This document shows positions 9,324-19,826 of a DNA stretch of 64,000 bases, in pieces. Origin of the DNA: Candidatus Eiseniibacteriota bacterium (GTDB lineage: Bacteria > Eisenbacteria > RBG-16-71-46 > JABDJR01); NCBI GenBank assembly GCA_963762255.1, contig CAVXKA010000001.1, forward strand, positions 160,001 to 224,000, read 5' to 3'. Position 1 is the stretch's first letter, and each line of letters opens with the position of its first letter. A program made the position numbers and the translations under genes. The notes beneath the pieces are model-generated. The model had not been told where the DNA came from, did not search any database, and saw only the letters and a list, made by a program, of their open reading frames with translations.

Positions 9324-9458
9324 ACTGAGTATGGACGGTGCAATTTCGACTGCCTCGTAGTATGAATTACCCCGTATCCGGTGGCAAGCAGCACCTTGCG
9401 GTGCGCACCGATCTGTGGGCTGACCGGTCCGCGGATCGACGCAGAAGGAGGGCATTCC

Positions 9459-10172
9459 ATGTCCAAGGTTCCCATGTCCGGCCGTCTCACCGCCGAGTTC
9501 GTCGGCACGTTCTGGCTCGTCCTCGGGGGCTGCGGCAGCGCCGTGCTCGCCGCCAAGTTTCCGAACCTGGGGATCGGATTCGCCGGCGTCGCGCTCGCCT
9601 TCGGTCTCACTGTCCTCACCATGGCCTTTGCGATCGGCCACATCTCCGGGTGCCACTTGAACCCGGCGGTTTCCTTCGGCCTGTGGGCGGGCAAGCGGTT
9701 CCCGTCCTCCGATCTCGTCCCGTACATCGTCGCGCAGGTGCTGGGCGCGATCGCCGCGGCGGCGGTGCTCTACGTGATCGCGTCCGGCCAGGCAAACTTC
9801 GACGCCGCGGCCTCCGGCTTCGCCGCCAACGGCTACGGCGAGCACTCCCCGGGCAAGTACACGCTCCTCGCCGCGCTGGTGTGCGAGGTCGTGATGACGT
9901 TCATGTTCCTGTTCGTCATCCTCGGCGCCACCGATTCGCGCGCGCCGGCGGGCTTCGCGCCGATCGCCATCGGACTTTGCCTGACTCTCATCCACCTGAT
10001 CAGCATTCCGGTCACCAATACGTCCGTGAATCCGGCACGGAGCACCGGCCCCGCGCTCTTCGCCGGTGGCTGGGCGCTCGGTCAGCTCTGGCTTTTCTGG
10101 GTGGCGCCGATCCTCGGTGCGGTCCTCGCCGGGATTTTTTATCGCTCGACGATGGAGGCGAAGGGGAAGTAA
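9459..10172 (+). CDS. aqpZ: aquaporin Z
   Basis: [50 protein letters not shown]. Confidence 0.95.
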   Translation: MSKVPMSGRLTAEFVGTFWLVLGGCGSAVLAAKFPNLGIGFAGVALAFGLTVLTMAFAIGHISGCHLNPAVSFGLWAGKRFPSSDLVPYIVAQVLGAIAAAAVLYVIASGQANFDAAASGFAANGYGEHSPGKYTLLAALVCEVVMTFMFLFVILGATDSRAPAGFAPIAIGLCLTLIHLISIPVTNTSVNPARSTGPALFAGGWALGQLWLFWVAPILGAVLAGIFYRSTMEAKGK

Positions 10173-10306
10173 TCGGCCTTGGGTGAGCTATAATTGGACG
10201 CAGACATCACGGACTCGTGACCGTGGACATTGTGCCGCGGGCCCCGCCCACCCCGGGGCTCGCGGGCGTTCATCATCGTGTTGCACAACTTTGGGGGGAA
10301 TCACCC

Positions 10307-10729
10307 ATGCGATCCGCACCTGTGCTGTTCACGGCCGCTCTCATCGTTGCCTCGCTCGTACCCGCCGCGGCCTCGGCGGGGAACCCCAATGCCTCATCGC
10401 GCACCAAGGCCACGTACGCGCGGGAGTTGCCGCTCTCCCAGGCCGGCACCTGGACGGTGAATCCGCTGCTCTCGCGACGCCTGGTCGAGGTCTCCCCCGA
10501 CGTCTTCGCGGCGGTCAAGGGGAAGCACGAGCGACGGCACGTACGCATCGCGCGCTGGATCGAGGGGCTCCGCGGCGAACCGCGGACGGTCTTCGCGCGT
10601 GAAGGCATGCCGGTCTACCGCTACCGCGAACTCGTGGACAGCCATCTCTTCGAGATCTGGACCTACCCGGAGCGGCATCTCTCCTACGTGTTCGAGGGTG
10701 ACCGGCTGGTGGGCACCGAGCCCTTCTAG
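10307..10729 (+). CDS. hypothetical exported protein
   Basis: Signal peptide (MRSAPVLFTAALIVASLVPAAASA), GC3-biased codons, C-terminal EIWTY...YVFEGDRLV. Confidence 0.6.
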   Translation: MRSAPVLFTAALIVASLVPAAASAGNPNASSRTKATYARELPLSQAGTWTVNPLLSRRLVEVSPDVFAAVKGKHERRHVRIARWIEGLRGEPRTVFAREGMPVYRYRELVDSHLFEIWTYPERHLSYVFEGDRLVGTEPF

Positions 10730-10795
10730 CCCGACCTGCCGGCCCCATCTCGAACACATAGTTAGCCGCGAAGTTCGACCCCCTGGAAAAACCGC

Positions 10796-10837
10796 TTGAT
10801 CCCCCCTTGCGTCAGGTGTATAAGTGTACTAAGACAC
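10796..10837 (+). promoter_or_regulatory. promoter plus YtrA-type operator
   Basis: TTGATC-N17-TATAAG. Imperfect palindrome GTGTATAAGTGTACTAAGACAC (10816-10837) resembles YtrA-subfamily GntR boxes and overlaps the -10. Confidence 0.6.
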
Positions 10838-10854
10838 TGTACCAGGGAGCGCGG

Positions 10855-11283
10855 ATGCTGATTGTTCTGGATCCCCATAGCGGCGTGCCGGTCTACCGGC
10901 AGCTCATGGACCAGATCAAGTTCCACATCGCGAGCGGGCTCTTGAGGCCGGGGGATCCGCTGCCGTCCACGCGCGCCCTCTCCTCGGAGTTGGGCTTGAA
11001 CCCCATGACGGTGAGCAAGGCGTACAGCTATCTCGAGCTGGAGGAGGTGGTGGAGCGCCGACCCGGTCTCCCTCTGGTGGTGCGCCCGGTGGAGCCCGCC
11101 GAGGTTCTCGCGCGCAAGCTGGATCAGCTTCGCCAGAGCCTGGCCGGTTCGGCCACGGTGGCGCGCCAGTTGGGGATCGACCCCGCCGAGGCGATGCACG
11201 TCTTCGGCGACATGCTGAACGGAGCCGGGGCGAGTGCGACCGGCGAGGGCCCGGACGAACCGGGCCGGGAGCAGGGGCAATGA
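10855..11283 (+). CDS. GntR family regulator, YtrA subfamily
   Basis: SGVPVYRQL...LRPGDPLPSTRALSSELGLNPMTVSKAY, short C-terminus, first gene of an ABC operon. Confidence 0.92.
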   Translation: MLIVLDPHSGVPVYRQLMDQIKFHIASGLLRPGDPLPSTRALSSELGLNPMTVSKAYSYLELEEVVERRPGLPLVVRPVEPAEVLARKLDQLRQSLAGSATVARQLGIDPAEAMHVFGDMLNGAGASATGEGPDEPGREQGQ

Positions 11284-12212
11284 ATCCGACCGAACCTGAC
11301 TCGCTGACACGGGGGACGGGGCACAAGGCGCGCGCGATCTGCGAAGTACGCGATCTCACCAAGCGCTTCGGCAGCGTCACCGCGCTGGAGCGCGTCACCC
11401 TCGACATCCCCGCTGGATCGGTGGTGGGGCTCATCGGGCGCAACGGGAGCGGGAAGACCACGCTGCTTCGCAACTTGATCGGGCTCCAGCTTCCCACCTC
11501 GGGGAGCTGCACCACGCTGGGCCGCGCCTGCGACAAGCTCGGCGCGGATGAGCTCGCGCGCATCGGGGTCGTGCACCAGGAGAACCGGTTCGTCGAGTGG
11601 ATGTCGGTGGAGCAGCACCTCGCCTATGTGGGTTCCTTCTACCCGCTCTGGGACAAGGAGCGTGAGGCGCGGCTCCTGCGCGAATTGGAGCTCGACCGCA
11701 AGGCGCAGGTGGGAAACCTCTCCCCCGGCAACGCTCAGAAGCTCGGGATCCTCCTGGCCGTGTGCCATCACCCGGAGCTTCTCTTCCTGGATGAGCCGGT
11801 GAGCGCGCTCGATCCGATCGCCCGCGAGATGATGCTCAAGTTTCTCTTCGAGCTGCTGGAGGATTCCGGGCGCACGATCGTCATCTCCTCGCACGTGTTG
11901 CGCGACGTGGAGAAGATCGTGGATCACGTGATCTGTCTCGATCGCGGACGGGTGCGCCACGCCGCGCCGTTGGATGAACTGCAGGAGCGGTTCTGCGAGT
12001 GGCTGGTCATCTCGAAGAGCGGGAAGCTCCCCGTGTACTTCTCCGAACGCTACGTCCTATCCCACGAGGGAACGAGCTTCGAGGCCCGACTCTTCGTGCG
12101 CGACGCCAACGGCGCCCTCCCCGAGTTCTGCGCGGCCTACGACGCCGAGGTCACGCCGCGCCCGCTCAACCTCGAACGGCTCTTCCCGCTTCTCCTGGAG
12201 GAGAAGGTCTGA
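11280..12212 (+). CDS. ABC transporter ATP-binding protein (YtrB-like)
   Basis: GRNGSGKT, LSPGN signature variant, FLDEP, SSH. Confidence 0.92.
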   Translation: MNPTEPDSLTRGTGHKARAICEVRDLTKRFGSVTALERVTLDIPAGSVVGLIGRNGSGKTTLLRNLIGLQLPTSGSCTTLGRACDKLGADELARIGVVHQENRFVEWMSVEQHLAYVGSFYPLWDKEREARLLRELELDRKAQVGNLSPGNAQKLGILLAVCHHPELLFLDEPVSALDPIAREMMLKFLFELLEDSGRTIVISSHVLRDVEKIVDHVICLDRGRVRHAAPLDELQERFCEWLVISKSGKLPVYFSERYVLSHEGTSFEARLFVRDANGALPEFCAAYDAEVTPRPLNLERLFPLLLEEKV

Positions 12213-13732
12213 TGCGCGCGCGGGCGCTGGGGCGGATACTGGCCCGGCCGGCCATGCTCTTCTGGTTCTTCACGCTCGTTTCCAGCGTCCTGCTGCTGGT
12301 GGAGCTGGCGGGAGTGGTGCGCGGCGTGCCGTTCCCGATGGACGCTTTGCTCTCGGTGGGGCGATCCCCCGCCTCCGAGGACGCGGTCCATCTCCTCCAC
12401 TTCACGCTGATCGTCATGACCGCCATGCTGGGGTTCCTGGTGGGACAGGCCGCGAGAGAAGTGCAACACGCTTACTTCGCCTGGGCGGTGCCCGGGCTGC
12501 GCCGCGATCTGGGTCACGGGGTCGCGGCGGTCGGGGCCCTGTGCGCGATCGGGGTCGCCGCCGGCTACGCGCCTCTCGACGGGCCGCTGTCGCCGCCGGT
12601 CGCCGGCGCTCTGGCTCTGACCGCGTTTGCGCTCGGCTCCGCCATCGAGGGGCTCACGTTGTTCATGGCGTTTCGTCCGCGCGCGCTCCTGCCCGCACTC
12701 GCCCTGGGCGCGCTCGCGTTCGGGATCGATGGACCCGCGCGATGGGCCGCCGCCTGGCCCGTACCGTTCGTCGTTGCCGCGGTCGCCTTCGCCGCCCTCA
12801 TCCTCTATCGCGTGAATGCCGACGACGCGGTCAGGGCGCGGATCTTCACTCCGACCTACTCTCTCCTCAATTCGTTCTCCGCCGGCGCCAAGCGCTGCTT
12901 CGCCCAGGAGATGGCCTCGGCGCGCGCCGGTCGGGGCGGGGCTTGGCGCTCAGAGCCGCTGCGGGACGACACCGCGGCGTGGGTGCGCGCGGCGGCGTAC
13001 GAACGATACGGCACGAGATCGTGGCGGTATCTCGCCGATGCGGCGGCGCTGGCCGCGGTCTCGGTGGGTATGGTGGCGGTCTTCAGTTTCCAGGAGGGAC
13101 TGGCCGGCCGCGGTTCGCGGGATGACGGGTGGTTGTTCGTGGTCCGGTCGATCTTCGCGACGCGCGGAGCGGGACATGCCGGCATGCCCCCGCTCTGCTG
13201 GCTCACCGCCTGGGTCATCGCCGCGTTCGCCTGGGGCCGCTCCGCGAGCTGGCTCCTCTTTCCTCGCTGGGGGCGGTTCTATCCGATCTCCAGGGCCTCG
13301 CTGGCTCGCGTGGCGTTCTGGTCGAGCCTTCAGCAGAACGCGGGGCACTGCGTGGTCACCGGCCTCGTCTTCGCCGCCGGCGGATTGGCTGCCGCCGCGC
13401 TCTCGGGGGAATCCATCTCACTCGACGGAATCCCGGTCTTCCTGCGTGCCCTGGGTCTCGTGTTCGCGCTGCTGCCGCTCCAGCAGTGGTTGCGCCTGCG
13501 CCACGCCCGCCGGGCCGAGATGGGACGCGGGAGCAGCTTTGCGTTCCTCACCGTCGCGCTCTCGTTCGCGTTCTGCACCGTGGTGACGCTGTGGACGATC
13601 GGCTACCCCCATGCGCTCCGCGGGCTGCCCCCGCTTGCGGAGGCTGCGATTCTCGTTTTCCTGGCCCTCGGTCTCCAGCTCTTCTACCAAGGCCGGCTGC
13701 GCGCGCACTTCGCGCGCGCTGACCTGGCGTAG
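12212..13732 (+). CDS. polytopic membrane protein, probable ABC-2-type permease
   Basis: About 12 hydrophobic segments; TGATG coupling to the upstream ATPase. Confidence 0.7.
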   Translation: MRARALGRILARPAMLFWFFTLVSSVLLLVELAGVVRGVPFPMDALLSVGRSPASEDAVHLLHFTLIVMTAMLGFLVGQAAREVQHAYFAWAVPGLRRDLGHGVAAVGALCAIGVAAGYAPLDGPLSPPVAGALALTAFALGSAIEGLTLFMAFRPRALLPALALGALAFGIDGPARWAAAWPVPFVVAAVAFAALILYRVNADDAVRARIFTPTYSLLNSFSAGAKRCFAQEMASARAGRGGAWRSEPLRDDTAAWVRAAAYERYGTRSWRYLADAAALAAVSVGMVAVFSFQEGLAGRGSRDDGWLFVVRSIFATRGAGHAGMPPLCWLTAWVIAAFAWGRSASWLLFPRWGRFYPISRASLARVAFWSSLQQNAGHCVVTGLVFAAGGLAAAALSGESISLDGIPVFLRALGLVFALLPLQQWLRLRHARRAEMGRGSSFAFLTVALSFAFCTVVTLWTIGYPHALRGLPPLAEAAILVFLALGLQLFYQGRLRAHFARADLA

Positions 13733-13746
13733 TCCGGAGGATCCTC

Positions 13747-14649
13747 ATGTCGCTCAACCTGGAACTTCGAGGGGTCCGCAAAGCCTTCGACCAGTTCGTC
13801 GCCGTCGACGGCGTCTCGCTCCGCGTGCCGGAGGGGACGGTGTTCGGACTCCTCGGCCCCAACGGTGCGGGCAAGACCACGACCATCCGCATGATCATGA
13901 ACATCATCGCCCCGGATTCCGGGGAGGTGCTCTTCTTCGAGCGCCCGCGCAAGGAAGCCGACATGCATCGGATCGGCTACCTCCCCGAGGAGCGCGGGCT
14001 CTACCGCAAGATGACCGTCGCGGAGCATCTGCTCTACTTCGGCGAGCTGCACGGGCTCAAGCGCGCGGAGCTGCGGCCCCGCATCACGCGGTGGTTGGAG
14101 CGGCTCGAGCTCGCGCAGTGGACGAACCGCAAAGTGGAGGAACTCTCGAAGGGGATGCAGCAGAAGATCCAGCTGGCGGGGACCCTCATCCATGACCCGC
14201 AGATCGTGATCCTCGACGAGCCGTTCTCCGGCCTCGATCCGATCAACCAGCAGCTCTTCAAGGACCTGCTCGCCGAGTACAAGGCGGCGGGCAAGAGCAT
14301 CCTCTTCTCGACCCACGTCATGGAGCAGGCGGAGAAGCTCTGCGACCACGTCTGCCTCATCTTTCGGGGCAGGGCCATCCTGGACGGCGAACTGAAGACG
14401 ATCAAGCAGCAGTGGGGCGGCAACTCGTACAAGCTCGTGGCGGAGGGCGATACGGAGCGGTTGAAGCGGACGCCAGGCGTGCTGAGCGTTGTCGAACGGG
14501 ACGGCTCGATGAAGATGCTGCTGGGACCGGGAATCCAGGGTCCGGACGTGCTGAAAGAAGTCGTGCAGTTCATGAGAGTGCAGGAGTTCCGCTCGGAAGA
14601 GCCGGAGCTGGAAGAGATCTTCATCAAGGCGGTGCAGGATGCGCGTTGA
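13747..14649 (+). CDS. ABC transporter ATP-binding protein (YhaQ/NatA-like)
   Basis: GPNGAGKTT, IGYLPEERGLY, LSKGMQQK, ILDEPFSGLDP. Confidence 0.93.
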   Translation: MSLNLELRGVRKAFDQFVAVDGVSLRVPEGTVFGLLGPNGAGKTTTIRMIMNIIAPDSGEVLFFERPRKEADMHRIGYLPEERGLYRKMTVAEHLLYFGELHGLKRAELRPRITRWLERLELAQWTNRKVEELSKGMQQKIQLAGTLIHDPQIVILDEPFSGLDPINQQLFKDLLAEYKAAGKSILFSTHVMEQAEKLCDHVCLIFRGRAILDGELKTIKQQWGGNSYKLVAEGDTERLKRTPGVLSVVERDGSMKMLLGPGIQGPDVLKEVVQFMRVQEFRSEEPELEEIFIKAVQDAR

Positions 14650-15919
14650 CATGATCAAGGTGATCGCTCGGCGGGAGTACGTCACCCACGTCAAGACAAA
14701 GGGGTTCTGGATCGGCACGGTGGCGCTGCCGGTGTTCATCCTCGCGATGGCCGTGCTGCCGGCTCTGGTCATGACCAAGGCCAAGACGGTCCATCGCATG
14801 GTGGTCGTGGACCAGACGGGGGCGCTCGGCGGCGATCTCGTCGGCCGGCTCAACGAACAGCCGGCAGGGGGGCGTAAGCCGGTCGGATTCGAGGCCACGC
14901 TCCAGTCGGCCGACGGCGACATCGAGGCCAGGAAGGCGGAACTCGACCGTGAGGTCATGGCGGGAACGATCGACTCCTGGGCCTGGATCGCGCCGGAGGA
15001 CCTCGACGACGGCCGCGTGGAGTATCACGCCGAGAACGTCTCGAACTTCGCCACCCAGGAGGTTCTCGAGAACGCGCTCTCCAACGTCGTGCGCCGTTAC
15101 CGCCTCCAGCAGGCTGGCTACGATCCCGACCAGATTCATGGTCTGGAAGGCTCGATGAAGCTGACCACCGTTCGGGTGAGCGAGGGAGGCAGCCGCGAAG
15201 AGGGCGCGGCGTCGAGCTTCATACTCGCCTATGTGCTCTTCCTACTCCTCTACATGGTGCTCATCATCTACGGCCAGCAGGTCATGCAAGGGGTCATCGA
15301 AGAGAAGACCTCCCGGGTCGTGGAGCTCGTGGTCTCCTCGGCGAAGCCCTTCGAGCTGATGATGGGCAAGCTTGTCGGGATCTGCCTGACCGCGCTCACT
15401 CAACTTTCGGTTTGGCTGGGAACCCTGGCCGTGATCACGCTGCCGGCGATGGCGGCCTCGTTCGCCTGGCTTCCCCCCGATCTCAAGATCCCCACGCTCT
15501 CCGTCGTCGTCGTAGGGCACTTCTTCATCCTGTTCTTCCTCGGGTTCTTCCTGTTCGCGAGCTTCTACGCCGCGATCGGGGCGGCGTTCAACAACGTGCA
15601 GGAGGCGTCGCAGCTCTCCACCTTCGCCATCATGTTCCTGGTGGCGCCGTTCCTGTTCATGATGCCGGTCATCAACGACCCGGACTCCACGCTGGCCGTC
15701 GTGCTCTCGATGATCCCCACGTTCACCCCCCTGCTCATGATGCTCCGGATCACGGTGAAGATGCCGCCCTGGTGGCAGATCGTGATCGCCTACGCCCTCA
15801 CCGGCGCGTTCACGGTGTTCATGATCTGGGTAGCGGGGCGGATCTACCGTATCGGGATCCTCATGTACGGGAAGAAACCCACTTTCACCGAGATCCTGCG
15901 CTGGGCGAGGGTTTCCTAG
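14639..15919 (+). CDS. ABC-2 family permease (YhaP/NatB-like)
   Basis: IARREY, IEEKTSRVVE, ELMMGK, RIYRIGILMYGKKP. Confidence 0.9.
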   Translation: MRVDMIKVIARREYVTHVKTKGFWIGTVALPVFILAMAVLPALVMTKAKTVHRMVVVDQTGALGGDLVGRLNEQPAGGRKPVGFEATLQSADGDIEARKAELDREVMAGTIDSWAWIAPEDLDDGRVEYHAENVSNFATQEVLENALSNVVRRYRLQQAGYDPDQIHGLEGSMKLTTVRVSEGGSREEGAASSFILAYVLFLLLYMVLIIYGQQVMQGVIEEKTSRVVELVVSSAKPFELMMGKLVGICLTALTQLSVWLGTLAVITLPAMAASFAWLPPDLKIPTLSVVVVGHFFILFFLGFFLFASFYAAIGAAFNNVQEASQLSTFAIMFLVAPFLFMMPVINDPDSTLAVVLSMIPTFTPLLMMLRITVKMPPWWQIVIAYALTGAFTVFMIWVAGRIYRIGILMYGKKPTFTEILRWARVS

Positions 15920-15968
15920 CGGTTCTGGCATACTCTCCGGTTCGGTTCTCATTCCGGGAGGTGTCAGG

Positions 15969-17333
15969 GTGTCCGCGGCCGTTCACGAATTCCGCGCGCT
16001 GAGCCGGCTCGCGGTGCCGGTGGTCATCACCCAGGTAGCCACCATGCTGCCCGGGGTGGTGGACATCGTCATGGTGGGACGGGTCAGCGTCGATGCGATC
16101 AACGCGGTCGCGCTGGGGCGGCTCTGGCTTTTCGGCACCCTCCTCTTCGGCATGGGAGTCGTCTTCGGGATCGATCCCCTCATCGCCCAGGCGCATGGCC
16201 GCCGCGACGAGCGGACGATGGGGCTCGCCTTGCAGCGCGGAGCGGTGCTGGCCGCGTTGATCTCGATCCCTCTCACCGGGCTGTGGCTTCTCACCGCCCC
16301 GGTCCTTCGGCTCTTCGGACAGGATCCCGCCTTCGCCCGCCTCGCCCAGGACTACGTCTGGGTGCAGATACCGGGCCTGCTCCCATTTCTTCTCTACATC
16401 GTGCTCCGTCAGTACCTCCAGGACCGGACGATCGTGCGGCCGGTGATGTGGACGGTGGTCGGCGCCACCGCTCTCAACGTGCTCCTCGACTGGATGCTGA
16501 TCTTCGGCCGCCTGGGCGCCCCCGCGATGGGAGTGGCGGGAGCGGGCGTGGCCGCCACGATCACGCGTTATGTGATGTTCGCCTCCCTCACCGGCATCAC
16601 CTTCGGGTTCAAGCTCCACAGAGGCGGGTGGATTCCCCTCACCCGCGAAGCGCTGCGGCTCTCGGGTCTGCGCGAGATCTTCCGCTTCGGCCTGCCGGTG
16701 GGACTGCAGCTCAGCCTCGAGATCTGGGCGTTCGAGATTGCCACGCTTCTTGCCGGGCGGCTTGGAGGCGTGGAGCTTGCCGCGCACACGATCGCGATCA
16801 ATCTCGCCTCGCTCAGCTTCATGGTGCCGCTCGGGGTGTCGCTGGCGGCGGTGACCCGCGTGGGGAACCTCATCGGGGAGCGCCGGCAGCAAGAGGCGCA
16901 GACCGCCGCATGGGTGGCGTTCGGCATGGGCGCGGGGGTGATGGCCGTGTCCGGGGCGCTCTTCGTGACCCTTCGTTACGCACTACCGCGGCTCTACACA
17001 CCCGATCTGGCCGTGATCGCGGCGACCGCCGCGGTGTTGCCCATCGCGGCCATGTTCCAGATCTTCGACGGCACTCAGGTGGTGGGCGGCGGCATCCTGC
17101 GCGGGATGGGGCGCACGCGACCGGCCGCGGTGTTCAACGTGGTCGGGTACTACTGTCTCGCGTTGCCGCTCGCGATGTGGCTTGCGTTTGCGCGCGGCAT
17201 GGGCTTGCCGGGGATCTGGTGGGGGATGGCCCTTGGGCTTGCGTCGGTGGCGTGCATGCTGGTGGTGTTCGTGTGGCGACACGGGCCGCGGCACGCGGTG
17301 CCGGTGGAGACGAAGAGCACCGCGGACGCCTAG
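15969..17333 (+). CDS. MATE family efflux transporter (NorM-like)
   Basis: VDIVMVGR, LAAHTIAIN, FMVPLG, RVGNLIG, FQIFDGTQ; 12 TM. Confidence 0.92.
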   Translation: MSAAVHEFRALSRLAVPVVITQVATMLPGVVDIVMVGRVSVDAINAVALGRLWLFGTLLFGMGVVFGIDPLIAQAHGRRDERTMGLALQRGAVLAALISIPLTGLWLLTAPVLRLFGQDPAFARLAQDYVWVQIPGLLPFLLYIVLRQYLQDRTIVRPVMWTVVGATALNVLLDWMLIFGRLGAPAMGVAGAGVAATITRYVMFASLTGITFGFKLHRGGWIPLTREALRLSGLREIFRFGLPVGLQLSLEIWAFEIATLLAGRLGGVELAAHTIAINLASLSFMVPLGVSLAAVTRVGNLIGERRQQEAQTAAWVAFGMGAGVMAVSGALFVTLRYALPRLYTPDLAVIAATAAVLPIAAMFQIFDGTQVVGGGILRGMGRTRPAAVFNVVGYYCLALPLAMWLAFARGMGLPGIWWGMALGLASVACMLVVFVWRHGPRHAVPVETKSTADA

Positions 17334-19732
17334 CCGTGGACCAGCACCTTGCTCACTAACTTCGCCAGGTCGCCCATCAGGACCGGCTTCATGACGAACT
17401 CGTCGATCCCGAGCGCCTTGGCTGCTTCCGGGGTGATGCGCTCGCTGTAGCCCGTGCACATGATCACGGGTAGGTCGGGCCGCAGGATCTTGAGTCGCTG
17501 CGTCAGAACGTCCCCCGTGATCCCCGGCATGGTCAGGTCGGTGATGACGAGATCGACCGCGCCCGGAGCCGCCTCAATGGCGGCCAGCGCGTCCATCCCG
17601 TTCGTGCGCGTCCTGACCTCATAGCCGACCGACTGCAGCATCTCCGCCACGGCACCCGCCACCAGCGGCTCGTCGTCAACGACGAGGATGCGTCCGGTGC
17701 CTCGCTGGAGCGGTTCCGCGGCGGCTTTCCGTGCAGGCGTCTCTCGCTTCACCGCGGGGAAGTACAAGTCGAACGTCGATCCTTTCCCCGCCTCGCTGGT
17801 GACCGTGATGGCGCCGCGGCAGCTTGTCACCACGCCATGGACCACCGCGAGCCCCATGCCCGTGCCCTGTCCCTTCTCCCGCGTCGTGTAGAACGGCTCG
17901 AAGATGCGCGCCATGACCTCCGGGGACATGCCGCAACCGGTGTCGCTCACCGTGAGTCGAACGAATCGGCCGGGCTGCACGCCTGCGTGCCGGGCGGCGA
18001 AGTCCTCATCCAGGTCGACGTCCTCCAGGGTGATCTCCAGGACGCCTCCCCGGTCCTGCATGGCGAGGGCGGCGTTCGTGCAGAGATTGACCACTGCGCG
18101 ATGGATCTCGGTGGGGTCCGTGAGGACCACGCCGTCCGAATGGCAGTGAGTCCGAATCTCGACCGTAGTCGGGATGGAGGCGCGAAGCAGCTTCGCCGCT
18201 TCCTTCACGATGAGACCCACCTGGACCGGCCCTGCTTCCTGCTTCCCCTGCCGGCTGAACAGGAGGATCTGCTTCACGAGGTCGGCCGCGCGGCGAGAGC
18301 TCTGCAAGACGGCTTGCAGGTCATGCTGGAGCTTGGCGTTGTCGCCGCATTTCATCTGAGCCATCTGCGTGTAGCCGATGATCGCGCTCAGGATGTTGTT
18401 GAAGTCGTGGGCGATGCCGCCGGCCAGAGTGCCCATGGCCTGGAGCTTGTAGGCCTGGGCGTTGTGCTCTTCCATCTCGACCTGGCGGGTGACGTCGCGA
18501 CGCTCCGAGACCTGTCCCACGATGCGTCCGGCGGCGTCCCGAATCGGCGTGATGCTCGCGTCCTGCAGGATCAGTCGCCCATCCTTCCTGCGGTTGGTGA
18601 AGCGCCCCTGCCAGGTCCGGCCCGCGGCGATGGCGGCGTCGACCTCCTGGTAAAACTCCGGGGGGTGTTTGCCGCTGTCAAGGAACCTCGGCGAGAGGCC
18701 CATCACTTCCTCGCGCGAATATCCGGTCGTCCGCTCGAAGGCGGCATTCACGTACCGGATCTTGGCCTCGGCGTCGAGCAACAGGATGTCGTCGGCGGCT
18801 TGCTCGACGGCGGCGGCCAGGCTCAGCAGCCACTCTTCGGACTGCTTGCGTTCGGTGATGTCGATCCCGACCGAGATCGTGCCGATCGTCTCGTTGCCCT
18901 CCATCACGCGGCTGTTCCGCCACACGATGTACCGTTCCTCGCCCGACTTGGTCAGAATCGGGTTCTCGAACTCGACAGGGAGCCCGCCGTTGGTCAACCG
19001 TTCGAACTCGTCCCATACCCGGGGGTAGTGATCCCTCGGAACGACCACCTCGAACCAGTTCCGGCCCTCCAGATCCTCGCGTGAGTAGCCGGTGATCGAG
19101 CGCGCGGCCTCGTTGAAGACCTGCACACTTCCTTGCGCATCCAGCCCGATCACCATCGCGTTGGTGGTCGCCATGAAGCTCTCGACGTAGCCCCTGGCGG
19201 ACTGCGGCGCCGGCCCCGATCGCGCCCATTCCTTGGTGTCGCGGTAGATCACCCACGCACCGGTCAGGCATCCGCGATCCACGATTCCGGCGGCGCCGAG
19301 GTGGATTCCGCGAGTCTGACCGGTCTCGTCACGATGTTCGGTCGGAAGTCCCGTCAACGCAAAGCCGGAGTGGATGAAGAGCCGGATGAGCGCGAGTTGC
19401 TCCTCGCGGGATCCTGGCAGCACTTCGGCCAGGCCGCTCCCGCACAGATCCTCGGCGCGCTCGCCCCCGAAACGGCGGGCAAAAGCCGCGTTGCACTCCG
19501 CCACGCTGCCGCGTTCAAGGATCGCGGTCGCCATGTCCCTCTCGGGGAGACCCAGCGCGAGCGGAGGCGTGAACGTGACGCGCATGACGCCGTCGGGGAT
19601 CAGGTCCAGCGGCAGGGGATGCCTGCCGGCAGGATCGATCGGCAACGCATCGAAGTCCCCGTTGGAGACGGCTCCGGGATCCTCCCGCGCCACCGGCGCA
19701 GGTCTCCCCCGGGCAGACGAATCAAGTCCCAC
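17330..19732 (-). CDS. hybrid PAS-domain sensor histidine kinase/response regulator
   Basis: PAS/PAC repeats, GGIAHDFNN H-box, NLCTNA, DTGCG, FEPFYTT, GTGMGL, C-terminal receiver (LVVDDE, ITDLTMP). Confidence 0.93.
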   Translation of the reverse strand: MGLDSSARGRPAPVAREDPGAVSNGDFDALPIDPAGRHPLPLDLIPDGVMRVTFTPPLALGLPERDMATAILERGSVAECNAAFARRFGGERAEDLCGSGLAEVLPGSREEQLALIRLFIHSGFALTGLPTEHRDETGQTRGIHLGAAGIVDRGCLTGAWVIYRDTKEWARSGPAPQSARGYVESFMATTNAMVIGLDAQGSVQVFNEAARSITGYSREDLEGRNWFEVVVPRDHYPRVWDEFERLTNGGLPVEFENPILTKSGEERYIVWRNSRVMEGNETIGTISVGIDITERKQSEEWLLSLAAAVEQAADDILLLDAEAKIRYVNAAFERTTGYSREEVMGLSPRFLDSGKHPPEFYQEVDAAIAAGRTWQGRFTNRRKDGRLILQDASITPIRDAAGRIVGQVSERRDVTRQVEMEEHNAQAYKLQAMGTLAGGIAHDFNNILSAIIGYTQMAQMKCGDNAKLQHDLQAVLQSSRRAADLVKQILLFSRQGKQEAGPVQVGLIVKEAAKLLRASIPTTVEIRTHCHSDGVVLTDPTEIHRAVVNLCTNAALAMQDRGGVLEITLEDVDLDEDFAARHAGVQPGRFVRLTVSDTGCGMSPEVMARIFEPFYTTREKGQGTGMGLAVVHGVVTSCRGAITVTSEAGKGSTFDLYFPAVKRETPARKAAAEPLQRGTGRILVVDDEPLVAGAVAEMLQSVGYEVRTRTNGMDALAAIEAAPGAVDLVITDLTMPGITGDVLTQRLKILRPDLPVIMCTGYSERITPEAAKALGIDEFVMKPVLMGDLAKLVSKVLVHG

Positions 19733-19826
19733 GAACTCTCCTTCTGAGGTTGGTCGACCTTCGCTCTATCTTCGGTTCTTCTTGAGGGTTACTTGAGCGG
19801 GGGGGGCGGCCGGACTGGGGTTCGGT

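Noticed and set aside
9381-9400. TGGCA...TTGC upstream of aqpZ as a sigma54 promoter
   Set aside because: GG-to-GC spacing is 13 nt rather than the required 10.
9324-9995. N-terminal extension of the 1029-aa kinase ORF
   Set aside because: Largely antisense to aqpZ; the real start must lie at or downstream of about 9323.
10200-10300. Hairpins upstream of the small exported protein as a riboswitch
   Set aside because: A strong GC stem is present, but I recognise no conserved aptamer sequence.
19799-19806. G8 tract (and C8 at about 52136-52143) as phase-variation sites
   Set aside because: Short intergenic runs are unremarkable at this GC content, and no link to a promoter spacer or reading frame is evident.
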